Source of the DNA: Narcine bancroftii
Lineage: Eukaryota
Length of the DNA stretch: 64,000 nt
Assembly (NCBI RefSeq): GCF_036971445.1
Contig: NC_091475.1
Location: 6,882,001 to 6,946,000 of the forward strand
Direction of reading: 5' to 3'
A program made the position numbers and the translations under genes. Below the pieces are notes generated by a model that saw nothing but the letters and a program-made list of their open reading frames with translations, did not search any database and was not told the DNA's origin. Below, piece after piece: positions 35,946 to 49,580 of this stretch; position 1 is the first letter of the stretch; each line of letters starts with the position of its first letter.

Positions 35946-38900
35946 GTCTCTTGGTTTAGTTCTGCGGGCCTTACTCCACGTCTAGGTCTCTTGGTTTAGA
36001 TCTGCGGGCCTTACTCCACGTCTAGGTCTCTTGGTTTAGTTCTGCGGGCTTTACTCCACGTCTAGCTCTCTTGGTTTAGTTCTGCGGGCTTTACTCCACG
36101 TCTAGGTCTCTTGGTTTAGATCTGCGGGCCTTACTCCACGTCTAGGTCTCTTGGTTTAGTTCTGCGGGCCTTACTCCACGTCTAGGTCTCTTGGTTTAGT
36201 TCTGCGGGCCTTACTCCACGTCTAGGTCTCTTGGTTTAGATCTGCGGGCCTTACTCCACGTCTAGGTCTCTTGGTTTAGTTCTGCGGGCCTTACTCCACG
36301 TCTAGGTCTCTTGGTTTAGTTCTGCGGGCCTTACTCCACGTCTAGGTCTCTTGGTTTAGTTCTGCGGGCCTTACTCCACGTCTAGGTCTCTTGGTTTAGT
36401 TCTGCGGGCCTTACTCCACGTCTAGGTCTCTTGGTTTTGTTCTGCAGGCTTTACTCCACGTCTAGGTCTCTTGGTTTAGTTCTGCAGGCTTTACTCCACG
36501 TCTAGGTCTCTTGGTTTAGTTTTGCGGGCCTTACTCCACATCTAGGTCTCTTGGTTTAGTTCTGCAGGCTTTACTCCACGTCTAGCTCTCTTGGTTTAGT
36601 TCTGCGGGCTTTACTCCACGTCTAGGTCTCTTGGTTTAGATCTGCGGGCCTTACTCCACGTCTAGGTCTCTTGGTTTAGTTCTGCGGGCCTTACTCCACG
36701 TCTAGGTCTCTTGGTTTAGTTCTGCGGGCCTTACTCCACGTCTAGGTCTCTTGGTTTAGTTCTGCGGGCTTTACTCCACGTCTAGGTCTCTTGGTTTAGT
36801 TCTGCGGGCTTTACTCCACGTCTAGCTCTCTTGGTTTAGTTCTGCGGGCTTTACTCCACGTCTAGGTCTCTTGGTTTAGATCTGCGGGCCTTACTCCACG
36901 TCTAGGTCTCTTGGTTTAGTTCTGCGGGCCTTACTCCACGTCTAGGTCTCTTGGTTTAGTTCTGCGGGCCTTACTCCACGTCTAGGTCTCTTGGTTTAGA
37001 TCTGCGGGCCTTACTCCACGTCTAGGTCTCTTGGTTTAGTTCTGCGGGCCTTACTCCACGTCTAGGTCTCTTGGTTTAGTTCTGCGGGCCTTACTCCACG
37101 TCTAGGTCTCTTGGTTTAGTTCTGCGGGCCTTACTCCACGTCTAGGTCTCTTGGTTTAGTTCTGCGGGCCTTACTCCACGTCTAGGTCTCTTGGTTTTGT
37201 TCTGCAGGCTTTACTCCACGTCTAGGTCTCTTGGTTTAGTTCTGCAGGCTTTACTCCACGTCTAGGTCTCTTGGTTTAGTTTTGCGGGCCTTACTCCACA
37301 TCTAGGTCTCTTGGTTTAGTTCTGCAGGCTTTACTCCACGTCTAGCTCTCTTGGTTTAGTTCTGCGGGCTTTACTCCACGTCTAGGTCTCTTGGTTTAGA
37401 TCTGCGGGCCTTACTCCACGTCTAGGTCTCTTGGTTTAGTTCTGCGGGCCTTACTCCACGTCTAGGTCTCTTGGTTTAGTTCTGCGGGCCTTACTCCACG
37501 TCTAGGTCTCTTGGTTTAGTTCTGCGGGCTTTACTCCACGTCTAGGTCTCTTGGTTTAGTTCTGCGGGCTTTACTCCACGTCTAGCTCTCTTGGTTTAGT
37601 TCTGCGGGCTTTACTCCACGTCTAGGTCTCTTGGTTTAGATCTGCGGGCCTTACTCCACGTCTAGGTCTCTTGGTTTAGTTCTGCGGGCCTTACTCCACG
37701 TCTAGGTCTCTTGGTTTAGTTCTGCGGGCCTTACTCCACGTCTAGGTCTCTTGGTTTAGTTCTGCGGGCCTTACTCCACGTCTAGGTCTCTTGGTTTAGT
37801 TCTGCGGGCCTTACTCCACGTCTAGGTCTCTTGGTTTAGTTCTGCGGGCCTTACTCCACGTCTAGGTCTCTTGGTTTAGTTCTGCGGGCTTTACTCCACG
37901 TCTAGCTCTCTTGGTTTAGTTCTGCGGGCTTTACTCCACGTCTAGGTCTCTTGGTTTAGATCTGCGGGCCTTACTCCACGTCTAGGTCTCTTGGTTTAGT
38001 TCTGCGGGCCTTACTCCACGTCTAGGTCTCTTGGTTTAGTTCTGCGGGCCTTACTCCACGTCTAGGTCTCTTGGTTTAGTTCTGCGGGCCTTACTCCACG
38101 TCTAGGTCTCTTGGTTTAGTTCTGCGGGCCTTACTCCACGTCTAGGTCTCTTGGTTTAGTTCTGCAGGCTTTACTCCACGTCTAGGTCTCTTGGTTTAGT
38201 TCTGCGGGCCTTACTCCACGTCTAGGTCTCTTGGTTTAGTTCTGCAGGCTTTACTCCACGTCTAGGTCTCTTGGTTTAGTTCTGCGGGCCTTACTCCACG
38301 TCTAGGTCTCTTGGTTTAGTTCTGCGGGCCTTACTCCACGTCTAGGTCTCTTGGTTTAGTTCTGCAGGCTTTACTCCACGTCTAGGTCTCTTGGTTTAGT
38401 TCTGCAGGCTTTACTCCACGTCTAGGTCTCTTGGTTTAGTTCTGCGGGCTTTACTCCACGTCTAGGTCTCTTGGTTTAGTTCTGCGGGCCTTACTCCACG
38501 TCTAGGTCTCTTGGTTTAGTTCTGCGGGCCTTACTCCACGTCTAGGTCTCTTGGTTGAGTTCTGCGGGCTTTATTCCACGTCTTGGTCTCTTGGTTTAGT
38601 TCTGCGGGCCTTACTCCACGTCTTGGTCTAGTTCTGCGGGCCTTACTCCACATCTAGGTCTCTTGGTTTAGTTCTGCAGGCCTTACTCCACGTCTAGGTC
38701 TCTTGGTTTAGTTCTACGGGCCTTACTCCACGTCTTGGTCTCTTGGTTTAGTTCTGCGGGCCTTACTCCACGTCTAGGTCTCTTGGTTTAGTTCTGCGGG
38801 CCTTACTCCACGTCTAGGTCTCTTGGTTTAGTTCTGCGGGCTTTACTCCACGTCTAGGTCTCTTGGTTTAGTTCTGCGGGCCTTACTCCACGTCTAGGTC

Positions 38901-39304
38901 TCTTGGTTTAGTTCTGCGGGCTTTACTCCACGTCTAGGTCTCTTGGTTTAGTTCTGCAGGCTTTACTCCGCGTCTAGGTCTCTTGGTTTAGTTCTGCGGG
39001 CTTTACTCCACGTCTTGGTCTCTTGGTTTAGTTCTGCAGGCTTTACTCCACGTCTAGGTCTCTTGGTTTAGTTCTGCGGGCCTTACTCCGCGTCTAGGTC
39101 TCTTGGTTTAGTTCTGCGGGCTTTACTCCACGTCTTGGTCTCTTGGTTTAGTTCTGCAGGCTTTACTCCACGTCTAGGTCTCTTGGTTTAGTTCTGCGGG
39201 CCTTACTCCACGTCTAGGTCTCTTGGTTTAGTTCTGCGGGCCTTACTCCACGTCTAGGTCTCATGGTTTGGTGCTGTGGACCTTACTTCATGTCTAAGTC
39301 TCTT
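35946..39304. repeat. 40-bp minisatellite, ~84 copies, in TBC1D23 intron 1
   Basis: unit TCTCTTGGTTTAGTTCTGCGGGCCTTACTCCACGTCTAGG with variants; one unit shortened by 9 bp near 38625. Confidence 0.98.
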
Positions 39305-42300
39305 CCTGTGTGGCAAATCATTCGTAAAAGTATTTTGTGGAAATTAAGAGTTAACAATCCAACAACATTTCAATATTTTGAAAGTACTGCCCGAACACAG
39401 TCTCAATGACTTCACAATTAGTGTTTTTCAGCACTTTTAAGAGTAATGAAGAACAAGTATTTAAATATTATTACATTTAAAGGATTCCTTCTTAAATTCA
39501 AGCCGTTTGAAGCATTTTAATAAATTGAGACAGAGGAGGTGTTTATATTTTGCTGACCTTGAATTTCTTTCTCAAAAATACTTTGAAAGGTATTTGATAT
39601 GAGGAAGCATCGCTCCAGTCCATTTTTTTCTCGCATGCCATGTAAATTAGGTAGAAATAATTTGAATGAGCACATTGTGATAAGGAGCACAGAGTTAAGT
39701 GATGTTACACTTCCTTGAACCTACCATTTAATGTTGTACAAGAATGGATAAGTAATTATCTTATTTTTTTTTTGTTTTTTAAGAATTTCACAGTGATTGA
39801 TTGTGAGAGAACGGTCATGTTGAGTGAGCACTGATGGACTGAAGTACTTTTTTTTCATGTCTGGGTAATATGCAGGGTTTTCTGCATGCACTTATGGGTT
39901 AATAATATTGCAGTTACTTTCCAGTGTGTCATCCATTGGTTGATCCCTGACCTTGTTATTCTGAAAACTTTGGTTTCTGCTGCTGTCAAGTATTTTAAAC
40001 GCATTTGTCTGTGTTGGGTGAGAAAGAAGTGGGCTGCAAGACTCGTTAAATTGAGAAAAGATATTGCCAATGTTGTTTGCAATTGCATTTAGAGAGTGGT
40101 CATTTGAGAAGAAAAATTTCAAATCTCCAAAATTATGAAAGAATGAAATTTGAGGAAGTGGCAGAGAGAATTCAATGACATAAAAAGTCAAAAGTTGTTT
40201 GGATATTAGACTGTTTTGGCATGTTGCAGATTTTGCAGCGGTAAAGAACCGTGACACAGTCTACAGGTTGTTTGCATTTGTCTACATCTAATTTGATTAG
40301 TTTAAAACTGGTGTCATATTCTAATTTCATATCAATATGAAGAGGAATCTGTTTCAAATTGGATTGAATAATTGTGCAATTCCAATGGCATTCTTGACTG
40401 GTGATTGAACTTAAGACTTTACACCTATGCAATTTTTTGTCCCGTTTTATCTGCAAGTATCAAAGCATTTCACCAGCCTGCATCTTCCCAAAGTATGATA
40501 CTGTCTTCCTCATTGTACTCTGTAATTGCAAGTTTTGTGATTTTTAAACCCACAATTAATATAAAGATTGTTAATTTACTGAATAGCTGTGTTCCCAGTC
40601 TTCTGGGGAGTTCCAGGTACACTTCTTTCAAATTTAAAAATCAACCATTTACTCTTATTGCTGATCACTGAGTCATTTTTCTATCCATTATCCCTGCTGT
40701 CACTTTTATTTCATGGACATCAATCTTGATAAACCTATCACTTCATCAAGCACCTTTTGAAAGTATGTATATATCTTTTTAATCAAATTTTCCTCAATCC
40801 ATGGGATGAGCTGAAAATGAGTAGATGTCATACTGAAAAATTGAGAACGCTTCAGTGGAAGTCACCTGGACCATCTACAAGGGAATTGAGGATGTTAGGA
40901 AAGCATGGCAAAGTGGAATTGAGGTCAAAAATGGATTAAACCTGGTCATATTGATTGGCAGGCTAGGAATATTCCTTGTCTTGTTCTCTTTTTAACATTA
41001 TTAAAGCCAAATTATCTTTAATGAAATCTATGCTGCCCTTCCCTAATAAATCTATCCATAACCAAGTTACTGCTAAAACTGGCCTTGATTATTGTTCCCT
41101 AAAATGGCATATTCGGAATCTTTTTCCGACTTCTGCTTGGTTTCAACCGATTCACAAATCTGAGGAAGGAGGCCCAAAATACTTTTCAAGTCCTTGACAA
41201 GTGATAAACATCTCCCATCACAATGCTTGAAGGTGATCAGCACTCTTGAAATGAGAATCTTGGTTACTTTTTAGAACCAATTGCATGAAATTTTGGATTT
41301 TATTTGTTTTTACTTCATCTGCAATTGCTTTTGGGTGTGCACTGCAAAGATGCACACTGAATATGGTTATTTCCTCTCACTTCCTCTTCAGCTCAAATAT
41401 TCTATGATGCCTTGTGAACTTGTCACATGCGGTCTCTCACAATATTGAACAAATGTACCCATGTTCTGATTCTTCTATAACCAACAGGATTCTATTTCCA
41501 TTAGTTATGATTTGTGACATTAACCAGTTATGCCAGTGGTCTATGTTCAGCACAGCAGATGGTCTGGTCCATGGCCATCTTTGTTGACGAGGTTGCGCTT
41601 ATAATAACAATTGCTATTGTCGTTCATACATTGGAATGAAATTAATGAGGGAACCACACTAAGGGTCAATGAAAGCTGCTATAGGCTGTAGGGCATTACA
41701 GTTAAGAACACTGTTCTCATCGCCACATCTTTTACTATTTGTTTAGATGTGAAAATAATATTTTTGAATGTGCAATCACAGTTTATTTTTGCTGCTTTTG
41801 GTTCCACTTTTAGTTTCCTTCTGAACTTTCTATAATCAGCCTCGTTTCAATACGATATCAATATCTCTTAAAGTCTGCCTGCACTGCAAACTTACTCATG
41901 GATAAAGAAAGCAGCAGGGAACTACAGAACCGTCTTTAAAATACAAACAGTTTTAATACTTCATTTGTAACACTGATGGGATGGAGGGTGGCAACACTAT
42001 GAAATATCAGCGATAGTCCTGATTCCCTTCCTCAAAGTTCAGACAGAAATGGGTCAGTTTATATAGTAAATTAGATCAAAGTCTACATATTGACTTCACA
42101 TGTTCTAACTAATTGGAAACGGCTTTCACATTTGTTCACGGACTTCGAATTTCTTTGTTCATTTAGTGATGTCTCCAAAAACCTTTAATTACTTCTTACC
42201 TTCAATTACTCATTCAACACTGTCACAACTAATGTCTCCTACAGATGTAGACTGTTGCTCTTTCTTGAAATGAAAGCCATCATGACTGATTTATGTGACA

Positions 42301-43534
42301 GACTTTCTGGGGAAATGTAAACCTTGTGTTTTTTTTCCAGAAAGTTCACTCTTAGTTTAAAAAGTTCATCTATAGTTACAATCCCATAATCCTTAGCAAT
42401 TAGAGTTGGCCACATACAATGTAAAAACTCTCAGAATTCTTTACATTGTCACAAAATAATGCTTAATTAACCACAAATCTTTTACCTATCTATGACTTTA
42501 TATGTTTTACTTTGAATCTTTTTACTGTTTAAGGAACACTGGCTTTAATTCCCCAACTTTTCCTTCTCATAACAGTCCAGTGATACAGTATTTGGACCAT
42601 TTGTGGTTTCATGTTTTCTAACCAGTCTTTGATTCTATATTACCTGAATGAGATCTGTTTTCATTCCATTGTAATTGGGTCTTTTTTGAATGAACTACTT
42701 TGTGGACCATTCTTTCCCATCTTTCAATGCTATATCTTAGTGCCTGTTCCCCCCTGCCAAATTTGTTTTGGCTCCACCCTCCACTTTGCTCTCATCTCCC
42801 CAGCACCACTCTAGAAAATCTTCCGATAGACACTTGTTGCCCATCAATTGCGCTCTCTCCATTCAGGGAGCGATCCACTTCCTCTATCACCAGACTTTAG
42901 TTCATTTTACTTTTTAATTAGAGGGTAATACTACTACTTGTAGGTTCCCCTAATAGACCCTCATGCTGACTTTAAGATATATTGTTCTTCCTTGATGGTA
43001 GCTAGGTTTGGAACATCCTTCCCAGAAACATCTAAAAGAGCTTCCTGCAGAAGAACTGTAGTGGTTCAATAAAGCGTCTAATTTAAGGGTAATTAAAGAT
43101 GGCTAATATATGGCAAGGGGGAGGGGTGCTTAACCAATGATCTCAAAACTAGTGGATAAAACAACTGCAGTCAAATGAACCCTTTGTTTAATATTTCATC
43201 AAAAATACAATATCTCCAGCAATATCACACGTGATTCTACAAGGAGTGTCACCATTATTTATTAGTCATGTCGCAAGTGATGTTTAAATTACGCCCATCT
43301 AATTTTCATCAGGGTTCTGCCACAAAGGGAGTGCAAAAGCATTCACTCTGAATCACCATTGAGAATCATGCCTCTGGTCCCACATTTTAAGACTTTGAAT
43401 ATAATGAAGCAAAGGACTTCAGATATTTCCTTTGTGAATTCATCACAATTGCACCTGTCATTCTTGATTTACCTTGTGCCAGAACAATTGATGGGTTTGT
43501 GTGCAAAATAAATTCAGCGGTGGTACTTCAGAAT

Positions 43535-44050
43535 CAGAATTTATTGATATGAACACGTCACAAAATTTGTTATTTTGCTGCAGCATCACAGTACAAATAT
43601 TGCTATAAAATTATATTTAAAAATAAATAAATTAGTGCAGAAAAAGAGAAAGTAAGGTCGTGTCTGTGGTTTATTGTCCGTTCAGAAATCTGATGGCAGA
43701 GGGAAAGAAGATGTCCTTGTGCCATTGCATGTTCATCCTCTGACTCCTGTCTTCCCGATGGTAGCGGTGTGAAGAGGGCATGGCCTGAGTGTTGAGGCTC
43801 CTTTTGGATAGAGGCTGCTTTCTTAAGACACCACCTCTTGTAGGTATCCTTGATGGAATGGTGACTGAAGCCTGTGATGGTGCTGGTCACGTTCACAACT
43901 CTAAGTTTTTCTTTCTTATTCTGTGCTTTGTCACCTCCATACCAGAATGCTCTCCACCTGTAGAAATTTGCAAGTCTTTGGTGACATACCAAATATCCTT
44001 AAACTCCTCTTGAAGTATAGCTGCTGGTGAGCTTTCCTTGTGATTGTATT
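43535..44050 (-). mobile_element. Rex1/Babar-type LINE 3' fragment
   Basis: ORF 43603-43992: CLKKAASIQKEPQHSGHALFTPLPSGR. Confidence 0.8.
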
Positions 44051-44054
44051 GAAA

Positions 44055-44515
44055 TTATTTGGATAGCCATGGAATGATTAGACATAGTCATCGTGGCTTG
44101 GTGCGTGGTAGGTTGTGTTTAACCAATCTTGGTGTTTTTCCAGGAGGTTACCAGGAAAGGCTGTGGATGTTGTCTAGGTAGACTTTAGTAAGGTCTTTGA
44201 CAAGGTCCCGCACGTGAGCTTCGCCAGGAAGGTTCGGACACCTGGTATTCATGGTGAAGTAGCTTTTTTCCAAGAGCTGAATTGGATAACACTAAGTACA
44301 GGGTGTTGTAAGAGGTGTTTTTCCAAACACAGGGTGGTGGATGCATGGAATGAGCTATCAGCAATGGTAGTTAAGGCAAAAACCATAGGATCTTTAAAGA
44401 GACTATTAGTTCATAACTAAGGAAAAATGGAAGTTATGCAGTTGGGAAATTCTAGGTATTTGCAATGTCAGCACAACACTGGGCCAGAAGGCCTGCTCTG
44501 TGCAGTAGATATATA
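44055..44515 (+). mobile_element. internally deleted CR1 fragment
   Basis: gactttagtaaggtctttgacaaggtcccgca (DFSKVFDKVP) and RVVDAWNEL. Confidence 0.7.
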
Positions 44516-45459
44516 TGTGCCATGTCATTCTTATCTTGGGAGGCTGTCAGCAGTGGATTACCAAAGGAATTGGTGTGTGGAGCGTAGCTATTCATATTCA
44601 ATTCAATTATTTAGATGAGGGGAACATGTAATACGGACATACCTTGTATAACACAGTTTTGAACAATGCAGGTTTTGATATAACATGGTCAGTCCCCGTC
44701 CCCAGGCAGTCGCCCCTCCCAAGCTGTCACCTTGACGTCGTCTTGAAACTTCAGGCCAAAGGCCTGATGATTTCCTGGCTATGTGCCTCTGTAGCCCCAA
44801 GACCGCCTTCACCCCCCACCCCCTCCTCACCTGATGGATCGCGCACGATGAGGGTTGCAGGCGGGGTTTGCCAGAGACAGGCGGAGGGAGCTGGAACTCA
44901 AGAAGTGCAAACTACATGAGACATTTTCTTCTACTTTTTATTTTTATTTTATTTTAAACTATATTTTCTTCAATAAACAATCTTCACTTATCGCCAATAG
45001 AGATCTTTGTCATTTTTCAGTTTTCTAGATCCCTTTTAAATATTTTACGTACATGTTTGCATGAGAATGCTAGGTAAAAGAATAAATAATTATAGGATTG
45101 GAATGTATCACATTAAAGTACTTTGTGATAGTGCTTTGAACAGTGCAGTTTTCCATCCCACTGAACTATTTTTTGGAAAGTATTAACCGTGTTATGCAAG
45201 GATCCCTGGACATTGAAGTTTACTGATGATGCAAAGCTGTATGGCAATGTGTTGTTGGAGTAAACAAAAAGTATTTGGGAGATCTGGACAGGCTATGTCT
45301 ATTGGTAAATAGCTGGTTGATGAATATCTGAACAGAATGCAAGAATATTTCACTTTTTCCTAAACAAATAGATAGATGGGGTTTTGAGAGATTGAAAACG
45401 GTTTTGGAGAGTATCACCATAAAAATTAATGTGCATTCAGAGGAATGGTTAATATTTCA

Positions 45460-47675
45460 TTTTTTTTGTGATTATTTATCGCACTATGAACCATATCAAC
45501 CAATATATTTACAGATGTATCTCTTTAAATATTCACAGTGACATTTTCTCTTTTTTCCCCATCCCTCCCTTCCCCCTTCCCACCCCCCTCCAAACACAGT
45601 AAATATTGAACATATAAAATACAATAAAACAATATCTTTATACAAAAGAAAAACAAACAAAAAAGACGTATCATCTACTTATACACATTAAATCTGATCG
45701 TGTTATCTTCTTATCATTTTAGGTGGTGGTGGTCCGAGGTCTGCTCTTTCTGTTATGTTCCATATATGGTTCCCAGGTTTTTTCAAACATTTTCCTATAC
45801 TTATAACAAAGTTCTCTTTTTTCTCCTTCTTCCCCTTCTCTTATCCATCTTTAAATCTTTATATATACATTATCTTTACTTTATATTTTTACATATTTTT
45901 GTATATTTTCTTGCCAGTCATCCTTCTTGTCACTCCTCCTCCTCTCTTCTCCTGTCCTGCAAATGTTCAGCAAATTCTTCGGCTTTCTTTGGGTCCGAGA
46001 ACAGTCTATTCCATTCCCCAGGAATAAATACTTTGAGTACTGCTAGATTAAAGTTATACCCTTTCTTCCATAAGATTGTTTTCACCGTGTTGAATTCCTT
46101 CCTCTTCTTTAAAAGTTCGAAGCTTATGTCCGGGTAAAAAAATATTTTTTGTCCCTATATTCTAATGGCTTATTGTCTTCTCTAACCTTCTTTCTTGCCT
46201 GCTCCAGTATGTTTTCCCTTGTCGTATGTCTTAGAAATTTTACCAATATGGATCTCGGTTTTTAATGTAGTGGCGGTTTCAGTACTAGTGCTCGATGCAC
46301 CCTTTCGATTTCTATTTTTTCATGTGAATCTGTCGTTCCCAGCACCTTCGGGATCCATCCTTTTATAAATTCCTTCATATCTGACCCTTCTTTGCCTTCT
46401 TTCAGGCCCACTATTTTTATGTTGTTTCACCTACTGTAGTTTTTCAATTTTTTGTGACAATAAATCTTGTCTCTAATTTTTTTTCACTCTCTTCCAACTT
46501 CCCTCTTAAATCATTTATCTCAATTTCTACAGCAGCTTCTTGTTCCTCCACATTTTCTACTCTTCCTTATTTCAGTCATGACCAACTCTAAGCTTTGCAT
46601 TCTGTCTTCAGCTCTTTTCATTTTTCTTTTGATTGAACAAAGTTCTAATGATGGCCATTCATTTGTTCTTCGAAAAAGGCTTTATCTAAACTTTGTCCTT
46701 CTATTTTACCTTCTTTCCTTTGAAATTCTTGGTCTTCTTCCTCCTCTTCTTCTGTGTCTATCTATGTCTGTGTCATCTTCTTCGCTTCTCTGTATCTGTG
46801 TATCTTCATCCTTCTCTGGTGAGCTGCTTCTGTATCCTTGCTGGGCCTCCAGCTGCTGCGTCTCCTGTTGTTGGGCCTCCTGCTGCAGGTCGAACCATTG
46901 TTGGGCCTCCAGCTGCTGTATCTCCTGTTGTTGGGCCTCCAGCTGCTGTGTCTCCTGTTGTTGGGCCTCCAGCTGCTGTGTCTCCTGTTGTTGGGCCTCC
47001 AGCTGCTGTGTCTCCTGTTGTTGGGCCTCCTGCTGCAGGTCGACCTCTTTTGGGGCCTCCCGCTGCAGGTCGATCCGCTGCTGGACCTCCTGCCACAGAT
47101 TGTTGCCCCTGCCAGTTGCCCCGTTGCCGCTCACCCTCTTCCAGCCCTTCATTCTCTTTCTCACCACTCATCTTCTTTCTTGCTTACTTCCCCCAGCCAA
47201 ACGCCCCGATACTGGGCATCTCTCAGCTGGCCGCTCCTCAGCTGAGTCCCCCTCCCACTGGCGTTAACCTTTTCTTTTACTTGCACCCTGCGCATGCGCA
47301 ACTCTTCACGCATGCGCAGCTGCACGACTCTTCTTGGCTCTGAGAGCCATTTTTGAAGTCCGCCAGTCGGGAGGACACCGCTCCTCTGGGGACTCACCAA
47401 CTCCGGAGATCAGTCGCTCCTCTCCACGTTGGCTCTCTGCTCCGACGTGCAGGTAAGGCCTTCTTCTTTCTTCTCCAGTGATTTTCCTTCTTCCCTTTTC
47501 ACTGTTATTCTTACTTTTCTCTTTTGGGACCCATCTTCTGTCTCTTCTCTATAACTTTATCTTTCTCTTCCTGTATTTTATGTTTATTGAGCTCTGTTTT
47601 TTCACACTTTTTTCTTTTCTCTGGAGAGGGTTGGTTCCACCTGACCAGCCACTACTCCATCACGTGACTCCCCAT
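45460..47675 (-). mobile_element. ORF1-only non-autonomous L1 ('half-L1', HAL1-like)
   Basis: 5' end GGGGAGTCACGTG; ORF1 remnants (FFYPDISFELLKRRKEFN); joined to the last ~25 ORF2 codons and 3'UTR; TSD gttaatatttca 45448-45459/47676-47687. Confidence 0.85.
46840..47090 (-). repeat. 30-bp tandem repeat within L1 ORF1 (EAQQQETQQL)
   Basis: ~8 units gggcctccagctgctgtgtctcctgttgtt. Confidence 0.9.
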
Positions 47676-47937
47676 GTTAATATTTCAAGTTGAGAACTAT
47701 AGAAATAACATTTATAGATACTGGCTGCTTCTGCATTTCTACTAAAACAAAATAAAAATTCTGTGGATCCAAGAAATATGATTTTAAAAATAATTCTGAC
47801 AAACTTTCAATGCAATCAGGCAGTAGCTATAGAAATTACCTTCATATTTTCAATCTCTAATACTACTTCCACCTCTGGTTATCACACAATTATTATAGCT
47901 TTTCAAACTTCTACATGAAGAATTTGGCTTTGCATTA

Positions 47938-48185
47938 GGGCGGCACGGTTGACATTGCTGTTGGTGCAATGCCTTTACAGCGCCAGCGATCAGAACTGGG
48001 GTTTAAATCCCACACTGTCTGTAAGGAGTTTGTACATTCTCCCTGTATCTTCATGAGATTCCTCCGGCGGCTCTGGTTTCCTCCCACCGTTAGAAACCTA
48101 CCAGGCATAAATTGGGCAGGCATAGTCTTGTGGGCTGAAATGGCCTATTACCATGCTGTACATTTAAATTTGTTTAAAAATTAAA
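47938..48185 (+). mobile_element. V-SINE (HE1-like)
   Basis: tRNA-like head, B-box-like ggtttaaatcc, V-domain cctccggcggctctggtttcctccca. Confidence 0.75.
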
Positions 48186-48224
48186 ATATTACAGTCACTG
48201 TTATAAGTGACATGAATATTGGAC

Positions 48225-48625
48225 TAAATTCAGGACAAGAAAAAGGTCCAGAGAATTGTTAGCTTGACAATCACGGGCACCAGACTTAACTCCATTGAGG
48301 ACATCTACAAGACATGGTATCTTAAGAAAGCAGTCTCTATCCTCAAGGACCCCACCACCCAAGCCATGCCCTCTCCACTTTGTAACCATCGGGGGCAAAA
48401 GGTCCAGGAGTCTGAAGACGAGCGCTCAATGGCACAAGGACAACTTCTTGCCTGCTGCCATTAGATTCCTGAATGATCAATGAACCAAAGAACTTTAACT
48501 TTTAATGCACTATTTTTAAAAATTATTTTTGAGAGTTTGTGTATATGGATGTTTGCTCTGTGATGACGCTGCTGCAAAACAATCAATTTCATGACTTGTT
48601 TGTGACAATAAATCCTGATTCTGAA
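48225..48625 (+). mobile_element. Rex1/Babar-type LINE 3' fragment
   Basis: ITGTRLNSIEDIY...LKKAVSILKDP; FLPAAIRFLN. Confidence 0.8.
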
Positions 48626-48649
48626 TTATTTTCTGGTACTTGTACTCCA

Positions 48650-48870
48650 AGGTAGTAGCATGGTTAGCGCAGCAGCCAGCACAATGCTGTTAGAGAGTCA
48701 GGGGTTCAAATCTGGCAGTGTCTGTACGTTCTCCCAGTGTCTGCATGGGTGCCCTGTTTTCCTCCCACCTTCACAACATACCAGGTTGTAGGTCAATTAG
48801 GTGTAATTGGGTTTAACAGCCAAAAGAGCCTGATACCAAACTGTATGTCTAAATTCAAATTAAAAAATTT
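48650..48870 (+). mobile_element. V-SINE (HE1-like), degenerate
   Basis: ggttcaaatc B-box-like; tttcctccca; 3' end like 4170-4240. Confidence 0.6.
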
Positions 48871-49005
48871 TTTGTCATAAGTATTTTAACATGAGCCTAC
48901 TGACAGCAAGATGTATTTTCACATTCAAAGATCAATTGTTGAGTTGCAGGTAAAAGTGTTCTGAATTCTATAAATAAATTCTTCAATTGATGATCAGCGA
49001 ATTAG

Positions 49006-49580
<575 letters not shown>

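Noticed and set aside
9354-39304. CRISPR-like arrays
   Set aside because: Units are head-to-tail with no unique spacers, no cas genes are present, and the context is eukaryotic
39305-43500. Short ORFs in TBC1D23 intron 1
   Set aside because: No recognisable domains or consistent splice structure; exon 1 to exon 2 already gives the complete conserved N-terminus
46467-47343. Cys-rich, Pro-rich and Leu-rich + strand ORFs (keratin-associated- or mucin-like)
   Set aside because: Alternative-frame readings of the 30-bp repeat in the antisense L1 ORF1
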